Part shown: positions 41,603-55,052 of the stretch, piece after piece
Numbering within the stretch: the first letter of the stretch is position 1
Layout of the letters: each line of letters opens with the position of its first letter
NCBI GenBank assembly: GCA_040954595.2
Contig: CM082594.2
Coordinates: 9,131,612 to 9,195,611 of the forward strand
Source of the DNA: Balanoglossus misakiensis
Lineage: Eukaryota; Animalia; Hemichordata
Direction of reading: 5' to 3'
DNA: 64,000 bases
The notes under the pieces: model-generated
The model's input: only the letters and a program-made list of their open reading frames with translations
Told to the model about the DNA's origin: nothing
The model's database searches: none
Made by a program: the position numbers and the translations under genes

Positions 41603-44600
41603 TTCATTATCTTTCTTGGTAATCAGTACATGGATGTAATTATAAACCAATAGCAGCTCAGAATAAACACATCCACTGTAAACAGTGATGTCACATATAA
41701 ACGACCACAGTGGCACAACTTGTTGATTAGAATGTATTTTGCATAATAACTTAAAAAACAACAGGTGGTTGAGTGCCCCCAACACAGATAAAACAGGCAA
41801 TTATGGACTGCAGCACTAATTATCCAGCACAAAAACACTGCAGGTGTTGCTAGACTGATATTATCAAAAGTTAAACTGAAGGACAGCAATTATCATTTGA
41901 CATATAAGACATAAATGGTGCAAGTGTATGAAAATAAATGGATTGGCATTTCCAATGAGTAAGGCAGGTTAATTTATCTGGCACCCATGGGACAATAATG
42001 AAACTGTTAGTAGCATATGACAAAGTATTTAATTTACATTTTAGGTATCTGTCATCATACCAAGTTCCACTTGAACAATTCACTAACATGGAGACAGTCA
42101 GTCCATCTAGTGAACATTTAATCTAATTTATGTCATATGTCCTTCTTCAGATTGCAAAATTTGTGAGTGTCTGCAGACTTCTTGGCTCACCGTTTTGACA
42201 AATAAAAACCAGGTTATAGTTCAGAGGGAAGATCGCACCATCCTGGTTATAGCTGTACAGACACGCTGACTTATCGACAGGAGTAGTCTGAACACAGAAA
42301 GCAATTACAACGATAGCATCGATAGGCGTGTATATACACATTGCCAATCTCCATTTGATGAAAAGCCATCAGTAATGCAAGTCAATGTCAGTGTGTATTT
42401 GTTACCAAAAGGCCATGGACAAATCTCTGTTGAGCACTTGATGCAGAACGGTGCATTATGGGATAAGTGCACTCCTAGACTTTCATGTTAAGACAGCTAG
42501 TACATTTATACTCTCTGATGAGTAAACTGTTAGTGACGCATAACATTCCCTGAGACTGTCCAAATCTGTGTTTGACATTTCTGGGTATATTTTTTTATCC
42601 TGTGCGTTTGTACAATCTGTAGAATACAGACATCAAAAACCTGTCACAAAGAGATTTAAGCCTGCAAAATTACTGAAGATAAAAAAAATTCAATTTTATA
42701 ATATTTTCATGGGCATTGAGCTCTCACATGAATTATGGAGCTAAAAATTAACAAATTAAACAAATTTGTATACCATATTTTAGCACTAAAGGATCAAGAC
42801 TGATAAAATTGAGTGAGATGACAAAACAAGCTGGCTGAGTGACATCATGGAAGCTGATTTTCTTGCAGCGGAAAACCTCACTGATGGAAACCAATATGTC
42901 ATCGTTGAAAGATTAATGATTTTCTGAGCAGAAAATCATTGATGGGTAAATAAAGAGGAAAGCAATTTCTCTTTATCAGGAGGTTTGGTTATCTTGGGAT
43001 GTCACCGTTCACTCCGATATGAAATCTCTGACCAACATTCATCAACCCAGATTTTTTTTTAGAACAATTTTCTTTAAAATCCTTTGGAAAAAATGTATAG
43101 GCTGTGTATAGTTCATAACTCAAATGTTGTGAGATGTCCCTCGCCAGTGCCTGCAGAGGTACTCCTGAATGTTTTTAATCTTAGGAACTGCCCCGGGCTA
43201 AAACATACATTGGAAAGAGAAAAACAGACACTAATGATAGCAATATCTGTTGGTAATATCTCTCGTTGACATCACTGAATATATACCTAATTGCTTCCCC
43301 ACCTCGTGCTTGCAAAAAACCAAGACAAAGTGTGTTCTTACTCTTTCACCTTTTTACTATTATTCATCTCATGGTATCACTTTCCCAACCATGTTTTTAC
43401 TGAATATACATTTCTTGCAGTTCTTTTCATGACGCAGTATAAAACTTGGATATGTATGATTTTTTCCCTTCTATTATGACGACAGAAAGTCTTCCTTAAT
43501 CTGCCTGATAAATATAAACGATAAACCTAGCAGGGAAAGTATAGTGTCCACAGGTTTGGCACGTTTGATTTACCAGATCAAAATGTTGGTCTGTGCAACA
43601 CAAAAGATTGTTCAGAGGGAAACACACTATGGGAATAAGATATCAACACTGTTTTGACATAAGCCATGTTGAATCACTTTAAGGGAAGCTCTAGTTTCAT
43701 GAAATTTATAAAATAAAAATTTGCTGCTTAAGCTTAGCTTTCAGGTTAGATATTGTGAGCTAAATATGGTTGGATATCGCTGACTGAATCTTGACAGAAA
43801 TTCACGGAGGAATTGCTGAGAATGTTTGAAGTGAGTCTGAAAGCTGGGAAACCACTATAGTTTGTCAATACTAACTCCAGACATGATTAGATATGAGAAA
43901 GCTACTGGGATTTTAAGCCGTCTGATGTTATGGAAAATAATGATTTCTGGGTTAGATGTGGGGATTTTTACGATATCAGTATGCCGCATATTTGCTCCGA
44001 ATCAAATTTATTTTAATGAATTTCCCCAAAGTGGAATTTGTGTGCATTAATTGGGTTAGCCGATGTGATATCAGACAAAGGAGGTTCTTCTGTTACAAAT
44101 ATACTGAGGTCAAGGGTCGTTGCTAAGCCTGAAGGGCATCCCAAATCTGTATGCAGACAACAAAACCGTATTGTAATTGAGTGACTTTAAAAACCCCAAG
44201 CTGATATTGTTTGTTCTCTTGTAATGCAAAGACATCCCTGGACAGACAAAAGTAGGTGACCCAAGGTCAAACTTTCATTAGTTGCTAGGGTCAAAGGTCA
44301 GGTTCCATCTCATCGCAGCGCGTGCTTGATGCTATGCCTGACGAAAATTATAGAGATATACTCAGGAATTCTCATGTGCATGCCATACATTGAACTTCAG
44401 TTTAACAACAGTGTAGAAGAAACTGAGGCTTAAATGCTTTCAATTTCCCAGATCTGTATCTTTCAAACAATTTTCCGTATTTTTTATAATGCAACTGTGA
44501 GATCTCAAAGCTGGGATATTATTCTCATAACAAGCAAGTCAATAAACGGCTGCTGAATACTGTCTGTGGTGGGGAATAATGCCCCCAAATGACAGCAGAT

Positions 44601-45102
44601 AACGTCACTGTCTCTAAGAATTGCAAGATTGTGCTATGATAATTTATAATTTCTCATTCACTTATGTCAGTTGTGATCAATTGTGAGTATTTTTCTGAAA
44701 CTGACAAGATATCGTCAATGGATAAGTATTTAGATGAGGCAATTATGCAATATGAAATTCCATATCTCCAAATCTGAAGTCATTTCTCCAAATTGCCCGG
44801 TTCAGTCGGGATCACGGCAAAACTGGTAATCGACTACATGCAAATGTCATCCATTATGGTTGCATATCTAAAATAATCCTTCTACAGGTCAAGTGAACCT
44901 AATTGGGTAACCAACTTGCTCTTACTAGTACCACGGGAACGTAAAAGTTTCATGTGACATACAAAATACTCAGAAGTCAAATTTAATTTACAAAATGCAA
45001 ACCCATTAATAGTAGCTTTTTTCACAATTGTTCATACCCACTCTCAATTATGCAAATTGCAGGCAACATGGCCATCAAAGTGACACTTTTGCTTGGCATG
45101 TT

Positions 45103-45121
45103 CTGGCCATAGATGGCGCTG
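45103..45121 (+). promoter_or_regulatory. Weaker CTCF-like motif
   Basis: CTGGCCATAGATGGCGCTG: the 3' half (TAGATGGCGCTG) fits the consensus, the 5' half is divergent. Confidence 0.3.
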
Positions 45122-48100
45122 TTCAGACACATGATCTATTGTCTTGTCAAAAGAGGGGGGAAGGATCAGGTCACCCTGGGCAACAAGAGTAACCCACAAG
45201 CTGACCTGCAGAGTTGTACATGTAATGTAATATCCGAACTCCGCATCTTTGCAACATGATTAAGGAGGCAAAGAAACCAGCAATACACAAACATTAGCTA
45301 CTACTTTAGGGAAATTGGTATTATCCAATCAGGTGCAAACATCTTTAAATAAAACCCAATCAGCACTTGCGTCCCATTTGCCCTGAAATATCTTGTGTAA
45401 TCAATTCTGGGAAGACTTAAACAACTGCTAACTCAGGTAGACAACTGTAGGCACGCTTAGCAGAAGCATTTGCACCAATGTCTACAATATTTGAAAACAT
45501 TTGTCACTGGAGATGGAATGGTTGTGTGTGTATATCTGTGATGAAACTTAATACATTTCTGTGACGAAACTATGATATACATATTCCCTGAAACTATAAC
45601 AGTCCTTTCTGTGGATGACAAATTAGTTTCTAAATGTAGCGTCAAAGGCTACTTGGACAACGCCAGTGATAAAACGGTCAAACAGCGACTTTTTTAATCC
45701 CTGACTGCCGACTTTGAATCCATAAATCTCTGTAATTTATGAGAACCTACCGGGAACATAAAATGAGGCCTCTCCTGCCAGTAATCAGTGACATTTGAAA
45801 CTCGACTCCATATCTGCACTGATTTATAAGCACTAAAGACAATCCCGTCTCCAGTGTTGCTTAATATTATCAAAGCTCTTTGGCTAAAAAGGCCGACTAT
45901 TTTAAGAAAGCAGTGCTCTCTTGCATTTTAACAATCCTTCATATATTTTATCCTAGCTTTGCCATCACTGCGGTCATGGAAACTATTATGCATAAACCTG
46001 TCCAGTAGAAAAATGAGCATACCTCCCACTAAGAAGTTTCTTGCTAAAAGCACCCTGAATTACTGAATTTAAGACTAACAATTTAGGCTTCATGCTATAC
46101 ATGTGCCGAGTACACGTAAGCTAGCTGTGTTATTTCTGAGTCGTATACATACATTGTTCATCTTGTAAAAATCCTATCTGACAGTTCAACGGCAGCCTAA
46201 AACCCTGTCTTTGAATGTAGCTGTCAGTTTTGCTAACATTATAAAGACAGCAAACAAATGCAAGTTAATGAATAATAGGGAGAACATGAATTTTTTAAAA
46301 AGTTACACTTGTACTTTTAACGTTGTAATTTTCTTACCATACATATATCACAAGTGGGTGCACTTAGTAAATTGAGTCAGTCGACAGCAATATTGCCCTG
46401 AACTCTGGGATTTTATCTCTAGACTACATGCTGTTGACTTTTACTTTGCGTCGGCAGTGGCTTCTGCGTGATGTGCCAAAAAACTGATAAAATTCCCCAT
46501 CACTGACTGACTTACATGTAGGACGTTTTAATCAGGATCATAAAATCCTAAAAATTTATTGGCGACGAGGTTGCAGCCACCGATACTCAGGGCAGAGATA
46601 AAGTGTGCGCCAGGCTCGATGAGATAATACACTACATTAAGGTCAGTGTTCTGTACGACCGCAAAATATCCAGAGAGAGAGCTGTCGTAGACTACATCAG
46701 CGCCATGCAAAGAAATCAGTTCTTCCATGAATTTGTCGTACAATATCTGCCAATGTTCTCATACTGATTTTTTTGTCTGAATAAACTGAAAGCAACTTTG
46801 AAATCATGCTTGGTTGTAAATAAGTAAATAATAAACCTAATTCTGATGAAGAATCAGTTGCTGATTTCAACTTTGAAGAATTAGGCCGCTGTAGGTTGCT
46901 GTGCATGCATGCTCACAGGAGAAAACATGATTTATTTTTCTGTATATTCCACATGCACTGATCACACGGCCAATGATTTAATGGTTAATGTGTGCATGTG
47001 CTCCACTGTTTTAATTAGTAAATTATACTTCTCATGAAAATAAACGCAGCAGCATCCAAAAAATATCATTAAAATAATTTTGATTTAATTTCTGAAAATT
47101 GAGAGTTTTCTGCTAGCTGTCCTTGAAAATTTGTACTTGTCACAAAAGGCTAAAATTTGTAGATTTTGACTCAGTTTGAGAATTATCACCACAGCATAAT
47201 ACTGCATGGTTGTCATTGGTTTTGAAATGGAGAATAAAAGGTCGACACTGCGGTACTTTATAACACACTTCTTAGGGAGACCTCCTGCTGATTGGCTTTG
47301 TGCTACAGTCATATCATCAACCCAGCTTCTGTGTAACAAACTCCCTAGGTGAGCCATTAAATTCAATATGCTCACCCCAACTGCACTCCTACTGTTTACC
47401 ACATGGAATCAGCTTTTTTTCTCAAAGGATGTAAAAGATCGCATGAAAGCATGTGATTCTAATTCTTTCGACCTCAACTAATTTGTTTTGATGTTACTGT
47501 ACATTTGTAGGATGACAAAAACGGGAGGCAAGTTGGTGAAGAAAAATTCACTTTTCAGTGGCCTTCAACCGATTAATATCGCCCAATACTGAATATCATA
47601 TACCCAGTGAAGTTTACCTATCTAAATGGTAGGATTTTTATTTGCCATTAATGAGGCTTGCTTTAGAAATTCAGGTCACAATAAACCATTGTCATCTTGC
47701 TTTCAATACTGGCTCACTTTTAAAAAAATTGGAACTGTGCATTCAAAATGTATGAGATATTAAAAATACAGAGATTAGAATGTGTCACTAGAACATAGAA
47801 ATTGTCAAAATGCAAAAATGTGTTCAAAAATATGAGTGATTGAATGGATACTGAAGCTTGGAAGTGCATGGAAACATAAAATTCACTCCTTTTCAGTATT
47901 CCTGACTGCCTGAAACGAAATCCGACCACGACTCATTGGAGTGTGAAAGCAGAGAGGAAATGCAGTTTGGCAATTAGCTGTCTTCAAGGCTACTGAAATT
48001 TCACACAAATTTATAGTGTTTGCTAGCTGTGACAGCTTTCATGTTTTCTAGCTTTTGAAGACCATAATTTTCCCCCGGTGCTGACAAGGTTGGGATGTGA

Positions 48101-51100
48101 TGGAGCCATTCGAATAAAAAACGATGGGGAAAATTACTTACAAAAATAAAATCAGACAAAGGTTCAATTGAATTAGTTCCTATATTTTGACATAAAGGGT
48201 AACGCAACATGAAAATGTATAATTATAAATGAAAAGATGTCTTGGAAAATTTATTCACAGGTCAGAAAATTTCATTGTTAATCGACGTGAACATTGCCAA
48301 ATTGTACCCATGGAAATTAGTAATCATTAAAATGCAGCAAATGTGGCTTTTTTTCTACAATTTTGAAAAGCTGACAGTGTATTTTAGTCTCAAAAGTTAA
48401 ACAGACAGTTATTTTACCATATATTGATCAAAAACTGGCACTTGCTAAAATTTCTGACTGTCGTCTGTAATCTGCAGTTTTTCCCTCCAAATGCTTGTGC
48501 CAACTGATTACCATCAGTGCTATTGTTGATGCATTAGGCTGCAGCCAGAGTCAGCTATTGTTCCAAGATTTGCATCAGAACAGAGTAACACTCTCTCAAA
48601 CAACTTAACCTACACCAGCACTTGAAAACTTCTATCACATTTTCACTTTTTATCTTTCATTGTCTCTGTTTTATTCATCCATCCTGCTCTTCAGTAGAAG
48701 TTAAAATCACAAGGATATTCCCAGTTCAACAACAGGAAATATGTCATTACGAGAGAAACAAGGACACATGAATATTTTTAAAAAGTATTAATGGTTCATA
48801 TTGGATGTGAGAACGGCAAATCCAATAGATTTTTCAATCATGATTGAATTTCCAATAAAATTCTTCAAATGAGGACTTTGAAATATTTTACCAAAGAGTA
48901 AAACATTTAAGATTTCAAGCTTCATGATGTCTGCCATTGAAATATCATTTAGCCATGGCACACATCACTCATAATTCTACTCAATTTCAGTGCTATATTA
49001 AAACATTTCAACTTAATATGTTTCATTCTGATAATGGCCCTTGTACAAACAACTAATTCTTCTGAGAAACAGAACTGATTAGTAAACCCCATTATGACAG
49101 CTGCAGGCAACTAATTTAGTTCAGTGGTGGCTCCAGATTTAAAATCTCACTATCCTTCAAGATGTTTGGCTTTTACCCTTTAAAAGGTAGATTTTTGATT
49201 TGCTAAACAAGAGCATCAAACCATTTCATGGAAGTACTATAGGACCTTAAAATCAGATACATGTAGGTGTAGATGGGTGTGGTTAAAGGTGTTCTCAATT
49301 CTGTGACTGCTTTCTTATATCTCCGTCGTCACGTCGCAGACAGGCAGGCAGCCAGGCTCTTGCCGTTTTTATCTGCGAACATCGAGAATAAACTAGCATC
49401 ACGGCCAAATGTCAGCGGTCATCACAGACTGATGGTCACTACAATCTGTGCATACATGCTTTCAGCATGAACACACTCATCTCAAGAGAGTCATCACCAA
49501 TTCCTCGTTAAGATAGAAAAATGATGTAACAGACAAACACTTCAGAGCATGACTGTGTGACTCTGTTACTGTAGAAACTTGTGCCAGCATTCTTGTTTTG
49601 TTGTGTAAATGTATCAAAAATATATACAATCACTTCTAATTTATATATGTCCATATATTGTAAAAAGGGCATATCTAAGTTTTCTTATGACCATATGATG
49701 TGCACATTATTTTCACATGGCTACAGAAATGAAGTCAGTAATTAGCTAGATCACCATGGTAACTGTGCTGACCATATACTAGTACTTTCAACTGCATTTT
49801 CATGTTCTACCGGTATATCTTATAGTATGTTGAACTAGTACACATTTTTTATTTGGTTTTCACACAAATCTTGACAGATTTGTCAGGAAATACTATCCAG
49901 CGATACATCTAAAAATTCAATCTTCACACTAGTCTGGAAGAAACTTGAATATTTGCTTCTTACAGAGTCATAAAATTTTTACGATGCTATAATTTTAATG
50001 GTGACAGTACGAGAGTGGAATAACCGAAAGATAATATCATATTCATTGTTTCTAATAAAAGAAGCACTTCTTGGAAATTATAGTTATAATATCTAGGTAA
50101 GACTGGGCAGTCACCGTAAACTGGAGCAACATATATTGTACACATCATAAGAAAAATGGCCAATTGTACTGAGAAATTCATGGCATAACCATACCAATTG
50201 AATTGAGGTGGTTTTATATTCCCAGTGCCACCAACCCTTTCCATAATTTTTCACTGCATATCTGTACCTGGCAACCTTATCACCCCTGACTCCCAATGGA
50301 ACACTCCATCTGACAGCTATAAACAATAGGATATTGTACTACAAACAGATTTCAGGTGTGACAGAGCTAAAACTGTCTGTCTATTTTACGAGTTGAGGCA
50401 GTCAGCCAATTTTTTTTTAGTTTACAGATTAGACCAGACCAGACAGCTATTTGCAATACATATATACATATCAGATATCTATTGTATAGCAAAATATATT
50501 TTGTGTTTAATAAAAAATATCAGATACAGAGCAAGATAGATCTGCATGCATTGCACAGTGGAAAACTGAATAGATGCATAATTACAAATTCACCAAATTA
50601 CTTCCTCATCAGGTTGGCAGATTTTGTGGCACCGTAACACGGAATAGCATTTTCTAATATTCACTATGGAATTAACCTCATTTTTATTAAATTGCAATTT
50701 CAAAATCTGCAGAGTTCATTGGAGTGTGCACATTAATCGAACTGGGAAATTTTTCCATCGACCCGGCTCCTGGCAATAATTTGGTGAGTCAACTATACCC
50801 AAACATAAACACAAGAACGAAAACAATTTCTTCCATGTATGTTTCCATTAACTTATCAAATTTTAATACAGTTTACAATGTTAATGCATGCATGGTCAAT
50901 TTCAGGACGACACAGTTCAGATCACATCATTAAAATTTAATCAAGTCAGATTGACCAAAAATGTTAGTCAAAACCATGTAAGAGATTATAAGAACTCGAC
51001 ATGGATAAACTCAGTTTGGTTTGGTTTTTATCAATTTCTAGAAGCAAGGTTATGTCGACGAAAGTGGTTAGACATGGTTCTCAAGCAGTAAAGAAAATCA

Positions 51101-54100
51101 CATTTGCTTATACACAAATGGATTTACATTCAAGGCCACTTCATACCAGGGCAAATACCACTGAACCATTCTTCAGTTGCGTGGGCCACTCAAACAAATA
51201 TTATCCACTAAAAACACATTTTAGTGACTGCTGTTTAATTTTTTGATGGAAATTGTAGAGATCCTTCAATACAACTACATTTCCTTCCTGAAATGTCAAA
51301 GACACGCGGCAGACATAATACTATGAATATTTAATGTACAGACTAATTTGACATCTGCTCTTGTGGATGATTTGTGAGATCTGGTTGACATCAGAAAACA
51401 CTGATTCAAAATATTCCAGTCTGGTCTTTCTACAATCGAAAAATTAGAAAACACCTCATCATTTTTGTAGGTGTCTCACCCGACCACAAAATAGAATAAA
51501 CCAGAGTCTCTCCACACCAAGAGGCAACTTCAAAGATCTTCTCAATTATTCATGCAAAGAAGAATGTGTTATTTTACCCTGGTTTAATGCAGCAGTTCTG
51601 ATTTGCCAAGCACCTGAAGATGAAAACCTCTCACGTTTGTTGGGAGAAAAAAGCAAAGAAATCATGCATCATTTGTACGTACTAGTGCTTTTTATTGAGC
51701 TCCTCAAATCAGGTAGCTCAATACACATAATCGAGGGGTAAACAAATGCTTGCCCAGTGATATTGGCAGCCTGATTTGAAAAACAGGCTTTTAACCACTT
51801 AAAAATCAATATGAATACCCACTGCCACATTAACGTGCTAATGACCGCATTTTCTAATACTACTCTGTATAGGCTGTAATCAACAAAGTATATACTGAAC
51901 ACATTTTATACTGGGAGAGGAATTTCATTACGACGTAGCAATCATTTTCCATAAATAAATAGTATGGAGAACTGACACATTTTTTACTTAACATCACAGA
52001 TCAAATTATTTTCATTGTTAGCGTTTTTGAAATCAAGGGCTGGGGTGACAGGTTGTAATTTCAACATAAACCACAACGAGTCTGAGTGTTTGATATAATT
52101 TTGCAAACACTTTGGAAGAAAAACACCTTTCCCTGTGTCATAAATTTGGACAAATATTCAGATTTCAAATTTTATGGAATAACAAAGTGCATGACAAGCA
52201 ACGTCGGTTCATGAAAGGTAATTGGCAAAAAAAAAGCTGATCGTTTTACAATTCTTTAAAGACTTATTAATCTCAGCTACTGATAAGCAACCAATGCATG
52301 CATTCAATAATAAATATTTCTGGTTCATTTACACTTGTCAATCACTATGACAACTTACAAACTAATTTTCTTCTCTCAACCTGACACAGGCAATTTTTCA
52401 AGCACTTTCCCCTAATGAAGATTTCATTGCAATTCCAGGAATATCGCCCTATATTGCCAACTGATTATATTATTCAGGAATGGATTTCCCCTTACTGGGG
52501 ATTTTTTAAATAAGTTGCCAGAGTAACGAATTTCATTTCATATAAACAGAAAGAAAACCATTCACACAACCATCACTTATCAACTGACTGGGACCAAGAG
52601 TGCTACGTGTTTATTTGTTTGTAATTCTTTCCTACCAGATACAGGGCTATAGACACATACTGTGCACTGACCATGAAAAATCACAGCAGATTGCCAATTG
52701 CTGTGTTTTGATATGATGATCACTGATGTATAGCCATATCAACACAAAAATTATTGTAAAATGGTTGGTTATGGCTACTCAAACTCTTGCTTGTCAAAAT
52801 ATTGGTAAATTAAAACCACTCTGTAAAATCCTTGGTTACTAAGAGAGTCTGTCCTGGCACTCACAAAGATGTCTGCACTTCCTGGACAACTGGGATGTAA
52901 TATTTCATCGTTTCCAAGTAACAGAAAAGTCTCACTACGATTCATGCCTTTCTCTTCCATTTTCAGTTTTTGCAATTTGGAAATTTCAATGACTCAATCG
53001 TTAGTGCTACTTGTAGCAGTCATGGAAACCTACCTGTGGATTAAATACTATAGGCATATAGCCACAACTGTTTAATCAGAAATATTAACAGGATAACACC
53101 TTGAAAAATGCCTCAATATTGAACACGTAAAGATGAAAAACAGTACTTCTATTTTTCATTCTATACTTCTAGTCTCATGAATTTTGTATTCTAGACTTAA
53201 TAAAATGGATTCTCAGAAACTCAATATAGTTTCTGAAGTGTTTTCAAAGAAGAGTTTTAGTTCCATTAGCATGATTTCAATAAAAAAATAAATCATACCA
53301 GTACGAAATACACAGGAGAGATGTTCAACTCTTTCAAGATAAAAATAATCCTGGCATCTTTCCAAACAAACTAGCAATGGGCATTTCAATATCTGAAAAA
53401 TTTGTCATATTTTTTTATGGGGGTGTAAATTCATCAATATCATTTGCAGATGGTCATAAAGTTTGTAAAAATTGGCTCTGATTGTAATATATATCCCGCA
53501 GTTTAATACAACCTTTATATGACTCTGTTGCATAACAGATAAAAACACCTGGGCCAAATTTCAGCCAACCCATCTCTAGTATCAAAACACCTATCAGCAA
53601 CATGTCAATGTCTGGCCTCTTGACAAAGCACAATAACTGCTCGTTAGGCACAGCTAATAACTTCAAGGTTTTCACACAATTATAAAATGAGAAGACATGA
53701 ATGCTTTGACCAAATATGGTAAATACGGCATCTGGTAACAACATTGTTTCCTCGCGAGTGTCAAAATCCACTTTTGGAGATTTGTCAAAATCTGGTAGAT
53801 TTTTTATATGAAATAAATCACAGTTGGGCAAAAGTTACACTATACAGATGGGACTCATTTTTTCAGCATTCATGACATGATGTGCCAGCCAGAATATCAG
53901 ACTGGGAGTCTGTGATTGTATCTCAAATCATTATCATCGTTTTGACAAGTCATTGCGTCAGCTATCTGATGTCACGTTATATGTCAAAGCCCCAGCGTCC
54001 AGACGTGCTTCGACACAATATTGATGTCATTCACTTGCTGCCTCTACTGAACTTTCAGATAAACATTTTGAAATTATAATTGGAATTAACAAATTTGTGA

Positions 54101-54332
54101 TGAAATTATGAGAAGCATGCTATTAAAGTTGGATTCAGCACCAAATTACTTTTTTGAGAGAATTTATTCCTTCTAAAATATCCTTACTGTGATAGCCTGT
54201 CATATTGACAAGATTCACCCACAGTTTTGACCACCCAGTTAAAGTTTTATCAAGAAAAACGCCAACAGCAGAAATCAGCCTTTTATCTAAATATTCTAAG
54301 AAATACATACAGCATTCAGTGCCGATTAATCC

Positions 54333-54346
54333 GTTGCTATGGCAAC
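54333..54346. promoter_or_regulatory. RFX X-box
   Basis: GTTGCTATGGCAAC is a consensus X-box, within the near-palindrome cgttgctatggcaacg. Confidence 0.6.
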
Positions 54347-55020
54347 GACACAGTCCAACAGGGATTTTCTTCAGGCGGATTGCCACATCTGTCTTTTTCC
54401 CATAATTCAGTTCATATCATTTTTTGTATCTGTTCAAATGTTGGGACTTTTCTATTTCAAGCCAATCATAAATTTGTGTTAATCCAAAAGTAATCATTAC
54501 TGAGTGACAATTTACTGGACTTATATAATATTCTATTACTTCATCTTTCTAAGAAATATTAAACATTTTGATTTATTTCTCAGATAATTTCATAATTCTC
54601 TGATTAGTAAACCTGTCAGCGTCATTTCATAAGAAGTTAATTCCCGGTGCCTATTATTTATGATATTTTGTTTATAGTATGAGAAACAAATGCCAAAGAC
54701 AACCATTAGTGTTAACTGTGGGAGTAATTTTGTATTGCAGGATGTTGCATGTCATTAAAATGTCGTTATCTTTCAATTCTTTGTGGACATGTCACAACAA
54801 AACCTAAGGGATTCCAAGATAATGAAGAAACGTCATTAGAGACAACATCCATGTTGAGGCGGCGGCCATCTTGTTTTCTCTGAAGTCAAAAATTCACGTG
54901 TGGTCTATTCATATCAGCAGAACCCTGAAGCACCATGTCTACATGTAATTAAACAAATTAAACACCTGCCTTGACGATATCTGTACCACCCTATAATGAC
55001 TACTTTCTTCTGCAAATTCT

Positions 55021-55052
55021 GTTGCCTGGTTACAAATCTGTTGCCTGGCAAC
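55021..55052. promoter_or_regulatory. Tandem pair of X-box-like sites arising from a short duplication
   Basis: gttgcctggttac (55021-55033) and gttgcctggcaac (55040-55052), each preceded by caaa(t)tct. Confidence 0.45.

Noticed and set aside
42547-42585. miR-125-like start (tccctgagac) in a small hairpin
   Set aside because: Match limited to 10 nt; the hairpin is about 40 nt, too short for a pre-miRNA, and the mature sequence would run through the loop.
1923-45060. Several POU octamer motifs (ATGCAAAT)
   Set aside because: An AT-rich 8-mer is expected several times by chance in 64 kb of this composition; no convincing excess by eye.
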